NCBI GenBank assembly: GCA_043745825.1
Contig: JAYTSB010000523.1
Coordinates: 1 to 39,607, forward strand
From: Actinomycetota bacterium
GTDB taxonomy: Bacteria; Actinomycetota; Acidimicrobiia; Acidimicrobiales; Ilumatobacteraceae
Direction of reading: 5' to 3'
DNA: 39,607 bases
How positions within the stretch are numbered: position 1 is the first letter of the stretch; each line of letters starts with the position of its first letter. The notes below the pieces were generated by a model that searched no databases, was not told the origin of the DNA, and saw only the letters and a program-made list of their open reading frames with translations. The translations under genes and the position numbers were made by a program. Shown piece after piece: positions 1 to 8,320 of the stretch.

Positions 1-24
1 CAGTAGCAGTAGCAGTAGCAGTAG
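1..24. repeat. Hexanucleotide tandem repeat (CAGTAG)x4 at the window edge, followed by (AC)x5 at 31-40
   Basis: Read directly: cagtag x4 then atcaga, then acacacacac. It is AT-richer than the surroundings and is truncated by the window start. Confidence 0.9.
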
Positions 25-65
25 ATCAGAACACACACACCGCGGGCGAGTCGGGGCGTGAGCCG

Positions 66-389
66 ATGAACTCGGAGGCTCGTTCGATCCTCGAAACCCT
101 CCGGGCCCACCCGAGCCTCGAGCCGGTGGCCACCGTGCGATTCGCCGAGATCCTGTCAGGGCGCCTGACCGGCAAGGCCCTGCCGTGGGTGGTGACGGCC
201 ATCGGCGAGGCCGCCGCCGACATCCCAGAGGGCATGAGCGCCGAGAAGATCCAGCAGAAAGTCCGCGTGTACTTCGACCGCGCCCGAGCCCCAGGAGCGC
301 AGCGAGCGGACAAGGCGCAGCCGTTCAAGCAGCCCCCGTCCGCCGCCCAGCAAGGCTGGCTTGCCCAGCAGATCGGAGACCCAAAGTGA
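66..389 (+). CDS. Hypothetical early protein
   Basis: ATG start and G/C-rich third positions. The stop overlaps the next start (GTGA at 386-389). Confidence 0.5.
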   Translation: MNSEARSILETLRAHPSLEPVATVRFAEILSGRLTGKALPWVVTAIGEAAADIPEGMSAEKIQQKVRVYFDRARAPGAQRADKAQPFKQPPSAAQQGWLAQQIGDPK

Positions 390-1135
390 TTCGCGAACAG
401 ACCACCGCGGGCGAGCGAGCCATCGCCCACCTGCTCGCCTCGGCTGCGGGCGGACCGCCGGTCCCGCGCCCGAGTTTCTGCGCCTGCGGAGCCACGCGGC
501 CCGAGTTCGCGCCGGGGTATACGGCATGGGCCTGCGATGCGTGCCGAGCCACGGACGCCGAGACCCGAGCGCTTGCAGCCGTCGCTCATGCCGATGGCCA
601 GATCCCAGCGAAGTACGACGGGATCCGGCTGACATCGCCCGTCATGATCGGCAAGGCCCCGGCGCCGGCCGTGAGCAAGGCAAGGCAGGCCGTCCGCGAC
701 GGCGTTGACGTGGTGACGCTTCGCGGTGGAGCTGGGGCTTGCAAGAGCCTCCTGGCCGCGGCGCTGTGCCGCGAGGTGTTGGACGCCGCGGTGCCTGGAT
801 GCGCCAAGAGCACGCTGTGGCGAGCGTCGCGATTGCGCTGGGTGAGCGCGATGAAGATCGGCACGGCCAGGCGCGAGTCCCCGCTCTCGTCCGAGCCGGC
901 GTTGCTGCGCGAAGTCAAGGGCGCGAGTTTCTTGGTCATCGACGAGTTCGGACGCGAGGCCGAGCCGCGGGACATGTTTGAGGTCCTGGACTGGCGGCAC
1001 TCACAGCGGCTCACGACGGTCATCACGACCGGGATGACCGTGGCGGCGTTGGCCGCACTCGACGACGGCGGGCTCGCACGGCGCTTGCTCGAACTGCCGT
1101 TCGCGGTGCTCGTGGACCTGGGAGAGCGCACGTGA
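386..1135 (+). CDS. DnaC/IstB-like AAA+ helicase-loader-like protein with degenerate Walker A
   Basis: Motifs are IPAKYDGIRL, GGAGACKS (Walker A-like, Cys where Gly normally precedes Lys), FLVIDEFG (Walker B) and TTVITTG (sensor-1-like). There is an N-terminal CxC...CxxC. The GTG start was chosen from the GTGA overlap; the track ORF opens at 185 but that part overlaps the 66-389 gene. Confidence 0.6.
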   Translation: MIREQTTAGERAIAHLLASAAGGPPVPRPSFCACGATRPEFAPGYTAWACDACRATDAETRALAAVAHADGQIPAKYDGIRLTSPVMIGKAPAPAVSKARQAVRDGVDVVTLRGGAGACKSLLAAALCREVLDAAVPGCAKSTLWRASRLRWVSAMKIGTARRESPLSSEPALLREVKGASFLVIDEFGREAEPRDMFEVLDWRHSQRLTTVITTGMTVAALAALDDGGLARRLLELPFAVLVDLGERT

Positions 1136-1437
1136 CCGCCGTGGTCATCCCGTGGTCGTGGGGCCCCGCTCAGCTCGAGCGCGAACCGATGGCGTCGCTC
1201 GCGGCGACCATATGCCGATGGCACGGTATGCCGCTGTCCGACGTGCTCGGGAGGTGCCGGCATCGGCCCATCGTGCGGGCTCGCCACGCGCTGTGCTACC
1301 ACATCGAGCAGGCGGGCTACACGCTGGTGGATGTCGGGCGGATCATGGGCATCGACCACACCACGGTGATGCACGGGATCGCGATGCATCAGCGCCGGAT
1401 CGAGACCGAATGCTTCGAGGCGGGGTCGGCCGGATGA
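1132..1437 (+). CDS. Stand-alone DnaA C-terminal (domain IV, Bac_DnaA_C-like) HTH DNA-binding protein
   Basis: LSDVLGRCRHRPIVRARHALCYHIEQAGYTLVDVGRIMGIDHTTVMHGI aligns by eye to E. coli DnaA [50 protein letters not shown]. The GTG start overlaps the previous stop (GTGA). Confidence 0.7.
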   Translation: MTAVVIPWSWGPAQLEREPMASLAATICRWHGMPLSDVLGRCRHRPIVRARHALCYHIEQAGYTLVDVGRIMGIDHTTVMHGIAMHQRRIETECFEAGSAG

Positions 1438-1616
1438 GCGCAGATGGCCCGCGCCGCTCCGAGACTGGGTCGCCCTGCCATCCTGGCGGGTCGGGTGCCA
1501 CCACGTACGCAACGGCCTACGGCGAGGCCATGGCGACCCATACATGCGCCAGCAAGCGCTATGACATACCGTGTCCTACCACTACGAAAGACAGGTTGAC
1601 AAATGGCCAGCGATGA
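1434..1616 (+). CDS. Hypothetical small protein (uncertain)
   Basis: ATGA overlap with the upstream stop. G/C third positions are good in the first two thirds. It overlaps the next start by 14 nt and is the tail of track ORF 1152-1616. Confidence 0.3.
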   Translation: MSADGPRRSETGSPCHPGGSGATTYATAYGEAMATHTCASKRYDIPCPTTTKDRLTNGQR

Positions 1617-1803
1617 GCGTGAAGAGATGGTACAAGGCGTGCAGGTCCAGGCGCTGCTGATTATGCCCGATGGCGAGGCGTGGCCGGCGGCAATGGTCCT
1701 GCCGGCGATGCTGCCCGGGTGCATCGCGGCGCTGGAGGACTTGGTCGACCAAATGCGGAAGATTCGCACGGAACTTCCTCCCACTGGGAGCATGGCGTCG
1801 TGA
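1603..1803 (+). CDS. Hypothetical small protein
   Basis: ATG start, 66 aa, coding-like third-position bias. Confidence 0.4.
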   Translation: MASDEREEMVQGVQVQALLIMPDGEAWPAAMVLPAMLPGCIAALEDLVDQMRKIRTELPPTGSMAS

Positions 1804-1843
1804 GCGCGCTTGACCTGGGCGCCGTTCGCAGGTCGAGACGGCC

Positions 1844-2215
1844 ATGATCGTGCTTACCATCCCGATGCCGGTCGTAAACGAACTCAACGACCACAAGCAC
1901 TGGCGAGTGCGCACCCGGCGAGCTCGGGATCAGCACGGTGATGTCACGGCGCACTTGCTCCGCTGGAGCTCCAGAAGGCCACTGCCGGATTTGGCGCTCG
2001 TGGTGACCATGACACGCCTTTCGCCCAAGAGCTTCGACTCGGACGGCACGGTGGCTAGCATGAAGCACGTACGGGACGCCATCGCGAAATGGCTCTGCCG
2101 CGACGACGGCCCGGGCGCGGGCGTAGAGTGGGTCGCACAGTGGGAGCGGTCGAGCGAAGTCTTGGTTCGGATCGAGATCGCCCCAACGCCAGCGCTACGT
2201 CGGGGACTGGCATGA
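1844..2215 (+). CDS. RusA-like Holliday-junction resolvase (tentative)
   Basis: Size is about 120 aa. The layout resembles RusA: LTIPMPVVNELN near the N-terminus, an acidic cluster FDSDG...RDDG, and a C-terminal VLVRIEI. It sits between the replication genes and a regulator, as in lambdoid phages. Confidence 0.45.
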   Translation: MIVLTIPMPVVNELNDHKHWRVRTRRARDQHGDVTAHLLRWSSRRPLPDLALVVTMTRLSPKSFDSDGTVASMKHVRDAIAKWLCRDDGPGAGVEWVAQWERSSEVLVRIEIAPTPALRRGLA

Positions 2216-2562
2216 CCCGCCTCAGGCTTGTTGCGCCACCAGCGCTGACGCGAGGCGAGTGCCGAGAGTGGGTTTCGCCGTGCGAGCTCACCGCGTGCCG
2301 GCACAACCTGAAGCCGACGATCCACTCTGGACCGGCGCGGGAGTTGCCTGTTAGTGTGATTGACAAGTACCGCGCGTGTGTGCTCAACGTGGCAGACGAT
2401 GGCCCGCTAACACAGCGCGAAGTGGCCAGTGTAATGGGGGTGAGCCATCAAGCGATCAACCTCACGGTTCACTCTGGCCTGCGCCGGATGGCCAGGTATG
2501 GACGCGCTAAGCGTCTGGCGGATGATGTTGAATTAGTCGTGCGACTTGGGAGGCACACATGA
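2212..2562 (+). CDS. HTH DNA-binding regulator (sigma-70 region 4/LuxR-like); candidate late-gene regulator
   Basis: LTQREVASVMGVSHQAINLTVHSGLRRM is a typical region-4-type HTH. There is an ATGA overlap with the upstream gene. The position after the RusA-like gene matches the Q-type regulator slot. Confidence 0.45.
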   Translation: MTRLRLVAPPALTRGECREWVSPCELTACRHNLKPTIHSGPARELPVSVIDKYRACVLNVADDGPLTQREVASVMGVSHQAINLTVHSGLRRMARYGRAKRLADDVELVVRLGRHT

Positions 2563-3272
2563 CGAGAAACGGAAGCGAGGACATCATGAGCGAGGCGAAG
2601 GAAGTGGTTGACAAGAACGGGCGTGTTGTGCGCATGGGGGACATGTGGCTCGGCAGCTACGGCGTCTGGCGTCGCGTCGACAAGATCCAAGACCACCACT
2701 TCACATGTATGCCGATGGTGTGCGAGGAGGACTGGAACGGAGACCACTACGCCTTGCACGCACACGATGTGGATACCCGCCCAGCGCAGCCGGCTTTTAC
2801 GGCCACGTCTTGGGCCGACGTCGCGGTCCACCGTCACGCGGCCGTATTCGCCCCTGCCGCGCTCTACTACCTCTGCCCCGCCCGGTCGCCTCGCCCCGAC
2901 GCCCTCGCGCCCCTGCGCGCCCTGGCCACGGCGCTCGAGATCCCAGCGCGAATGGAGCACGTGCGTGCTAAATGGCGAGGCTTTCAGCCGAATGGATTCG
3001 TGACATGGGACATGGTCCCAGGATCGGATTTCCCTATGTTGATCACGTTCTCGGTACGCGGCACCCAATTTTCTCACGTGTACAGCCTGAGACTGGTCGG
3101 CGATGTTGAAGTCAGCCTTTCGAACATGGCGTGGCAGGCAGATGGCCGCTTCAGCGCATGGCTCGGGCAGCGCCACGCCGGCACTATGCCAGACCCTAAA
3201 ATAGCGCGCCGCAAGGCCCGCAGGGAGTGCCTAGAGGCCCTGGTTGCCGAGAGCCTGGGGAGACGGTCGTGA
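2559..3272 (+). CDS. Hypothetical protein
   Basis: ATGA overlap start, 237 aa, coding-like third positions, no recognised motif. Confidence 0.55.
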   Translation: MTRNGSEDIMSEAKEVVDKNGRVVRMGDMWLGSYGVWRRVDKIQDHHFTCMPMVCEEDWNGDHYALHAHDVDTRPAQPAFTATSWADVAVHRHAAVFAPAALYYLCPARSPRPDALAPLRALATALEIPARMEHVRAKWRGFQPNGFVTWDMVPGSDFPMLITFSVRGTQFSHVYSLRLVGDVEVSLSNMAWQADGRFSAWLGQRHAGTMPDPKIARRKARRECLEALVAESLGRRS

Positions 3273-3431
3273 GCCCGTACGAGCGCATGAGGGATCGGTA
3301 CGAGCACGACCCAGCGCTGCGGACCATGGTGGACGCCAGGCGATGGGTGACCTTCATCTTACGCCGGGAGAGATGCGAGACGCCGCCATGCTGGCCAGTC
3401 TGATGTACAACAGGGAACGAGCGGTCCGCGG

Positions 3432-3647
3432 ATGACCACCATCGCGATCTCGGACCCGCGCGGCGGCGAGGTGGTGGCACGGCAGCGCGACGACGAGAGC
3501 GCCGAGGACTTCGAACTGCGCGGCGCTTGGATCGCATTCAACCTCAGAGCTGGGGCCCGGCTACTTCACGACGCCGGCGAAAGCCTGATTTGCTTCGAGC
3601 TGGCGGAGTCTCTCCTGAATGAGGGGCGCATGGGAGGCCGGCCGTGA
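3432..3647 (+). CDS. Hypothetical small acidic protein
   Basis: ATG start, 71 aa, G/C-rich third positions. Confidence 0.45.
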   Translation: MTTIAISDPRGGEVVARQRDDESAEDFELRGAWIAFNLRAGARLLHDAGESLICFELAESLLNEGRMGGRP

Positions 3648-3728
3648 AGGTCGGCTGCTGACGCGCGAGGATGGGAAGGCTTTGAACGACGAAACAATCA
3701 ACAACAGGCGAGAGGTATAGTAACCACC

Positions 3729-3920
3729 ATGCAGACCACCGTTCACCATCAGACCGAACACCATCAGGGCGAGGACGCCTACGAGGACTACCTGGGACGC
3801 GTCAGGAGGCGCTTCGCCAATCTGACGGAGCCTCTATTCACCACGAACGCTGATGGCCTCTTCCCGGCCTTCCTGGACGCCCTGCCGCCTGGGCGGCGCC
3901 AAGAGCCGGTGACCACATGA
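3729..3920 (+). CDS. Hypothetical small His-rich protein
   Basis: ATG preceded by gagagg. The stop overlaps the next ATG (ATGA at 3917-3920). Confidence 0.4.
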   Translation: MQTTVHHQTEHHQGEDAYEDYLGRVRRRFANLTEPLFTTNADGLFPAFLDALPPGRRQEPVTT

Positions 3921-4930
3921 GCGCGCGCCGAATTTGGATGATGCGAGTTGGTGCTATTGTCAGCAATCTGGTTCAACACGGCATGACGCCGGTCGCTGCG
4001 ATAAGCCAGGTCATAAATGGTGTGATGGGGCAAATTGAGGCCGCGCTCGTCGGTCCGGTGTCCCTCGTGGCCGTTGACGGTGCCGTGAGCGACCTTGGGG
4101 CCGCCATCGTTGCCGCCTACGATTGGGCGAGATGCGGTTTTCCGCAGTTGGTGCCAAGCACCAGGTTGGCAGCGTCGATGATGGCTACACACATCGACAG
4201 CGCCTTGGTGCCAGAAATAGCGATCCCGTGGCGCACGTTCGGGCTCGTCCTGCCACCCGGGTTGATGTCTGACGCGCGGTGTACCGCCGGGGACGGGAAC
4301 GGGAACAGTCCTGCGGACGCGGTAGCATTCGTCATGGTGACACGTGGCGAGTCGCTGGCCACGGATCTGGGGTTGGATGTCAAGCGCGTGTCGTCTGGTG
4401 ACTTTGGCGATCACAGAGTGATGATATTTGGCGAGCGCGGCGGGACCGGCACCTTCGACTTCGACGGCCTCCACGGCTTGTTGAACACGGATCGCCAAGA
4501 GGCTGCCGATCTGATCCGCGAGGCTCATGTCATCGATACCGACGCGAGGGATAGGCGGGAGCACCTGCTGTTCGCGCGCCTGATAATGGGACTGTGTATC
4601 GAGCTGGACAAGAAGCCCGGAACCAGAATAGCCATTGGTCAAGGGGCTCCGCAGACCAGGGCCACCAAGCGCGGACAGCCGCGGCCGTGGACGTTTGAGC
4701 TTTCGCGTGACGTGAAGGTCGACTGTCGAGACTGGATCGCTTCCTTCCTGCGCGGCGAGAAGCGCGGTCCCGTCAGTCTTCAGACCATGGTGCGTGGGCA
4801 TCACAAGCACCAAGCCCACGGACCTGGCGGCCTGGAGCGGAAGTGGATTCACGTTGAGCCGTATTGGCGCGGCCCCGAGGAGGCGCCGATCGCGGTGCGC
4901 TCGCACAACATGAAAGGAGCGGCCCAATGA
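3917..4930 (+). CDS. Hypothetical protein (337 aa), compositionally atypical
   Basis: Long ORF translationally coupled on both sides. It has many more A/T-ending codons than neighbouring genes. The C-terminal basic motif is VRGHHKHQAHGPGGLERKWIHVEPYWRG. The antisense ORF 3788-4927 reads as an Arg-rich shadow. Confidence 0.55.
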   Translation: MSARRIWMMRVGAIVSNLVQHGMTPVAAISQVINGVMGQIEAALVGPVSLVAVDGAVSDLGAAIVAAYDWARCGFPQLVPSTRLAASMMATHIDSALVPEIAIPWRTFGLVLPPGLMSDARCTAGDGNGNSPADAVAFVMVTRGESLATDLGLDVKRVSSGDFGDHRVMIFGERGGTGTFDFDGLHGLLNTDRQEAADLIREAHVIDTDARDRREHLLFARLIMGLCIELDKKPGTRIAIGQGAPQTRATKRGQPRPWTFELSRDVKVDCRDWIASFLRGEKRGPVSLQTMVRGHHKHQAHGPGGLERKWIHVEPYWRGPEEAPIAVRSHNMKGAAQ

Positions 4931-5229
4931 AGATGAAGTTCGTGCAGATCGCTTGCGGAACTATTGGAGATGGTACCGATGGTGGGTATCGCGACCATAC
5001 CCTGTACGCCCTCGGCGCCGATGGCAGCGTGTGGACCCGACGCGGTGGCGATGATTCGGGCTGGTACGAGATGGGTGGCCAGGGTCGCGAGCTACTGGAC
5101 CTAGGCGTGGCCGAACAGCGCAGGGCGCGCCGTGCTCGCGCGGCAGCGTGGTCGGCTGAATGCAAAGCCGAGTCCGAGGCGGCCGCTGTGGCCGTGGCCA
5201 AACGAAAAACTGAAGCGGAGGCCAAATAG
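4927..5229 (+). CDS. Hypothetical protein with Lys/Ala/Glu-rich C-terminal tail
   Basis: ATGA overlap start. The N-terminal half (HTLYALGADGSVW...) is beta-strand-like and the tail is charged and helical. Confidence 0.45.
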   Translation: MKMKFVQIACGTIGDGTDGGYRDHTLYALGADGSVWTRRGGDDSGWYEMGGQGRELLDLGVAEQRRARRARAAAWSAECKAESEAAAVAVAKRKTEAEAK

Positions 5230-5343
5230 CGAACGCCTGGCCCCCGCAAGGGCCCGGCGCTCTGTCCACCGCAACCACCCGCGCCCTACCTCTGGGCGCG
5301 GACGAGCAAAAGCCGGGCAGGCCCTGGCGAGAAGGAGACGAGC

Positions 5344-5703
5344 ATGGTGAACGAAAAGGAGAGCATGATGACACCGGAGCGTTGGTTTGTGACCCAGTTG
5401 TTCGAGGACGCAGACCGGCGCCTCAGGAGCCGAGCGGCGATGGTGATCGACGTTGTGGGCGTCAAGGAAGACGCCACCCACATCCGCTACGAGCCAAGCG
5501 GCGGCACGCCGCTGTTCGCGGTACGTACCGACACCGCCGGGGGCCGCGGCATCGCGCCCGACCGAGCCCTGATGGTGCTGGTGGCCGACCTGCCGGCTGG
5601 CCTGCGCCCGCATGGGTGGACGCCGACGGGCGGGTGGATGACGCGCGAGGAGGCGGATGACAGGGCCGCGGTTCTGCGTGGCGAGAAGGACGGTGCCAAG
5701 TGA
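5344..5703 (+). CDS. Hypothetical protein
   Basis: ATG preceded by gaaggag; first gene of a chain of 4-nt-overlapping ORFs. Confidence 0.5.
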   Translation: MVNEKESMMTPERWFVTQLFEDADRRLRSRAAMVIDVVGVKEDATHIRYEPSGGTPLFAVRTDTAGGRGIAPDRALMVLVADLPAGLRPHGWTPTGGWMTREEADDRAAVLRGEKDGAK

Positions 5704-6068
5704 GCGACGCGAACGACGGACTGACAGCTGCGAAAGAGACGGCCGCACGCCTGTACAGCGAATGGTGCAGTGCACAAGATGCCGTGGCGACGCTGAAGGC
5801 TCAGCGCGATGCTGCCGACCCAGTGTTTCAGGAGCGCCAGAGGCTGGACGCGCTGCTGGCAAAACACCTCGGCGGCGGCATCACCACGGAATGGCGCATC
5901 CGAAAGATTCGGGTCACGCTCTACGGACGCATGGGTCTTGTGCATATTCTTGCAGCGCGCAACGCCGTGGGCGCCGTCGGTGTCGAGTTCGATTTCGGGG
6001 ACCTCGATTACGAGGATGGGCGCACACAGGGGCACATCGACTTCATCATGCCGGATGGTGCCATGTGA
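5700..6068 (+). CDS. Hypothetical protein
   Basis: GTG start in a GTGA overlap; G/C-rich third positions. Confidence 0.5.
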   Translation: MSDANDGLTAAKETAARLYSEWCSAQDAVATLKAQRDAADPVFQERQRLDALLAKHLGGGITTEWRIRKIRVTLYGRMGLVHILAARNAVGAVGVEFDFGDLDYEDGRTQGHIDFIMPDGAM

Positions 6069-6268
6069 AGTGGCGCGGGCACATCATCGCCAGCAACCTG
6101 GGCGCGCTCATGTGCTCCGTCCTCACGCAGGAGACCGAGCGCCGGTGCGAGGCGACGCTCTTCGCGTACGGCGAGAACCACATGTGCAACCGAACGGCGC
6201 ACCCGCAGGACGAGCGGCACCGGGCCGGCGCGGGAGGCGAGCGCGTGACGTGGGCGGTGGGGGCGTGA
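6065..6268 (+). CDS. Hypothetical small protein
   Basis: GTGA overlaps at both ends; very high G/C third-position content in this frame. It is the tail of track ORF 5657-6268. Confidence 0.45.
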   Translation: MKWRGHIIASNLGALMCSVLTQETERRCEATLFAYGENHMCNRTAHPQDERHRAGAGGERVTWAVGA

Positions 6269-6480
6269 GCGCCGCCGTGGACGCCGTGCTGGCCACGAGC
6301 ACCGCCAGCGGACACCCGCCGGGTCAGGTGACCAGAAAGGACCGCATGGCGCTGGAGCGGGCTGTCATCGACAGGGCCAAGGCGTGGCACAAAGACGGAG
6401 GGTGGGTGTTGACGCAGGACTTGCTGTCTGCTGCGCGCGCGCTGGTCAAGTTCGAGGCCGAGCATCCGGAGGAGCCATGA
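6265..6480 (+). CDS. Hypothetical small protein
   Basis: GTGA overlap start and ATGA overlap at the stop; tail of track ORF 5809-6480. Confidence 0.45.
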   Translation: MSAAVDAVLATSTASGHPPGQVTRKDRMALERAVIDRAKAWHKDGGWVLTQDLLSAARALVKFEAEHPEEP

Positions 6481-6668
6481 GTAAGAGCGAAGACGAAGCG
6501 GCCGAGCGTGCGTACGCGTGGCACCAGCCAGGGTTCAAGGTGCCCGATGGCGCGCCGTGTCCCACCTGCCACGACAGGAGGGCCGAGTGGATCCACCGCG
6601 AGACCGGGAAGCAGATCGCGTGTCCGCGGTGCAACATGTGGCCCATGGCGCCCAAGGAGGTCCCATGA
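6477..6668 (+). CDS. Small zinc-ribbon protein
   Basis: CPTC...(17 aa)...CPRC motif; ATGA overlaps at both ends. Confidence 0.5.
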   Translation: MSKSEDEAAERAYAWHQPGFKVPDGAPCPTCHDRRAEWIHRETGKQIACPRCNMWPMAPKEVP

Positions 6669-7036
6669 AGGCCCCCTTGGATGCCACGATTGAGCACATC
6701 GGCGACGACTTCACCGTGCGCGTCTGGCACGATGGTGGGTACGCCTACTTCGAGGTGTTCGATGTGGTGGCGTGGCCAGGCAATGCGGGCGAGCCGTCCC
6801 TCTACCGCGAGCAAGGCTCGACTCATGGCGAGACGCCCGACATCAACAAGGCCGAGATGCTGGTGCACGGTAGCATCCGTTTCGACGACGGCGCCCACGT
6901 GTATTTCACCGACTACATCCACGGAGACCGACGCATGATGACGCAACTTGGTGCAGTGTTCGGGCGGATCTACGACATCGCCAACGCGCTCTTCCCGGAG
7001 CACGAGGGGCGCTACCTGGGGAAGGATGCGCCATGA
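6665..7036 (+). CDS. Hypothetical protein
   Basis: ATGA overlap start, 123 aa, coding-like bias. Confidence 0.55.
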   Translation: MKAPLDATIEHIGDDFTVRVWHDGGYAYFEVFDVVAWPGNAGEPSLYREQGSTHGETPDINKAEMLVHGSIRFDDGAHVYFTDYIHGDRRMMTQLGAVFGRIYDIANALFPEHEGRYLGKDAP

Positions 7037-7136
7037 GCGGCGGGAGCTAAGACTACGCCTACCTCAAGGCGATGCGGCTGCGGGATGCCGCGAAACATCC
7101 AGCGTCCGGGCAGGCCCCGGGCACGAAAGAGGGAAC

Positions 7137-7670
7137 ATGAGCAACGATACGAGATGGGAAGTGCACGGCGGCGACACCGGGTTCACGATCTCCAGCGGTG
7201 GCGCCATGGTTCTGCGAATATCCGGAGCGGAAGCTCAGGCGTTCTACAACGCGGTGCGCGGAGAATGCGATCGTCTCGGCATGGTGTGGGCTGACCGGAC
7301 GCCGGAATTGGTGGCGCTCGTGTGTCAAATTAGGGAGGCCCTTGGCGAAGTGTGTGCCGGCCGAGACGACATCGTGGCAATCGTGCAAGACCTGAGCAAA
7401 AAGCGCATTTGGGCAGAGCACAATTTCGCGCAACGCGAACGCCTTCGCGTCACCTTCGTGGCCGCCGTGGACGCCGAGAAGCGCCGGCGCGCCGCAGAGG
7501 CCGATGTGCACGATTTCCAGAGGAGGCATCACGCCATGCTCACGATGGCCGGAGTCCTCACCGACATCGAATCAGTGCAGGAGCGGCCTGCCAAATCTGC
7601 TCGTCACCTCACGCCCGAAGAGCGATCTGTTTTGGACTACGTGAAGCACAACACCGCGAGGCGCGCATGA
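7137..7670 (+). CDS. Hypothetical protein
   Basis: ATG at 7137 preceded by agaggga; the upstream part of track ORF 6948-7670 is Arg-rich junk. Confidence 0.55.
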   Translation: MSNDTRWEVHGGDTGFTISSGGAMVLRISGAEAQAFYNAVRGECDRLGMVWADRTPELVALVCQIREALGEVCAGRDDIVAIVQDLSKKRIWAEHNFAQRERLRVTFVAAVDAEKRRRAAEADVHDFQRRHHAMLTMAGVLTDIESVQERPAKSARHLTPEERSVLDYVKHNTARRA

Positions 7671-8320
7671 CATCCCCCTTCCGCTTCAACCACGAAGCCG
7701 ACCTCGTCTTCTACTTCCAGGACCTCGACGCCGCGACAGGATGCGGGTCAAGCTTCGACGTGCTGGCGAACCTCGCTTTGAGCGGGATCCCAGACGGCGG
7801 GACGATCGCCCAGCCGACCAAGGCGAGGATGCGCATCGGGGCAGAGGAGACCCCGAGCGACCGTGGGCTGAGGATACGCGACACGCTCGCCAATGTGCCC
7901 GCGCAGGCGCACGTGCTGGCCGCGCACTATCTGCCAGGGAAGTGGCACGCTAGGCGCATGGAACACGATGCCTGCCTCTCGCCACTGCAACGCGAGTTCA
8001 GGACCGCCGCAGGCGTAGTCCAGCGCATCGCCAACACCGACGCCCTTCGCGCCGTGCTGATGACTCGGAGCTCGAACAAGCCTGACCGACAGGAGGCCAA
8101 GGCGGATATAGCTAGGATCAAGCGGCTAGCGGAGCGAGCCGTCGAACAGGCGCAGCGGGCGTACCAAGACGCCGCGGGCAAGGGCCAGCGAGTGAGGACG
8201 AGGGCGGCGCCCGACCGGTCCTCCGACATCTACGACGCCATGGCCGCGGACTCCGAGCGCTTCGGCGGCCGGACGCGCCCGCTCACTTCGGACGAGCGCG
8301 CCAACCGAGGTGACCGGTGA
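7667..8320 (+). CDS. Hypothetical protein
   Basis: ATGA overlap start; C-terminal charged helical region. Confidence 0.55.
   Translation: MTSPFRFNHEADLVFYFQDLDAATGCGSSFDVLANLALSGIPDGGTIAQPTKARMRIGAEETPSDRGLRIRDTLANVPAQAHVLAAHYLPGKWHARRMEHDACLSPLQREFRTAAGVVQRIANTDALRAVLMTRSSNKPDRQEAKADIARIKRLAERAVEQAQRAYQDAAGKGQRVRTRAAPDRSSDIYDAMAADSERFGGRTRPLTSDERANRGDR

Noticed and set aside
185-385. Upstream extension of the loader ORF (track start 185)
   Set aside because: It overlaps the 66-389 gene and translates to Arg/Pro-rich sequence. GTG 386 gives the GTGA coupling seen throughout the element.
26-1545. Minus-strand ORFs 26-1000 and 586-1545
   Set aside because: They are Arg-rich shadows of the plus-strand loader and DnaA-domain genes.
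2768-2776. DnaA-box-like sequences that might mark an origin for the DnaA-domain protein. These are TGTGGATAC at 2768 and the GTGGATCCAC palindrome at 6586-6595.
   Set aside because: They are isolated near-matches inside coding regions with no cluster. Roughly this many 9-10 nt matches are expected by chance in 40 kb.
3269-3435. Small ORFs between 3272 and 3432 (GTG 3269 frame, about 45 aa; or the tail of track ORF 3244-3435 ending in an ATGA overlap at 3432)
   Set aside because: Two mutually exclusive short frames are both plausible by coupling and neither has a motif. I could not decide between them, so neither is listed as a feature.
3788-4927. 379-aa minus-strand ORF antisense to the 337-aa gene
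   Set aside because: It is Arg/His/Pro-rich with no motifs. The plus-strand gene is translationally coupled to both neighbours. Because this region has weaker codon bias, this rejection is somewhat less certain than the others.
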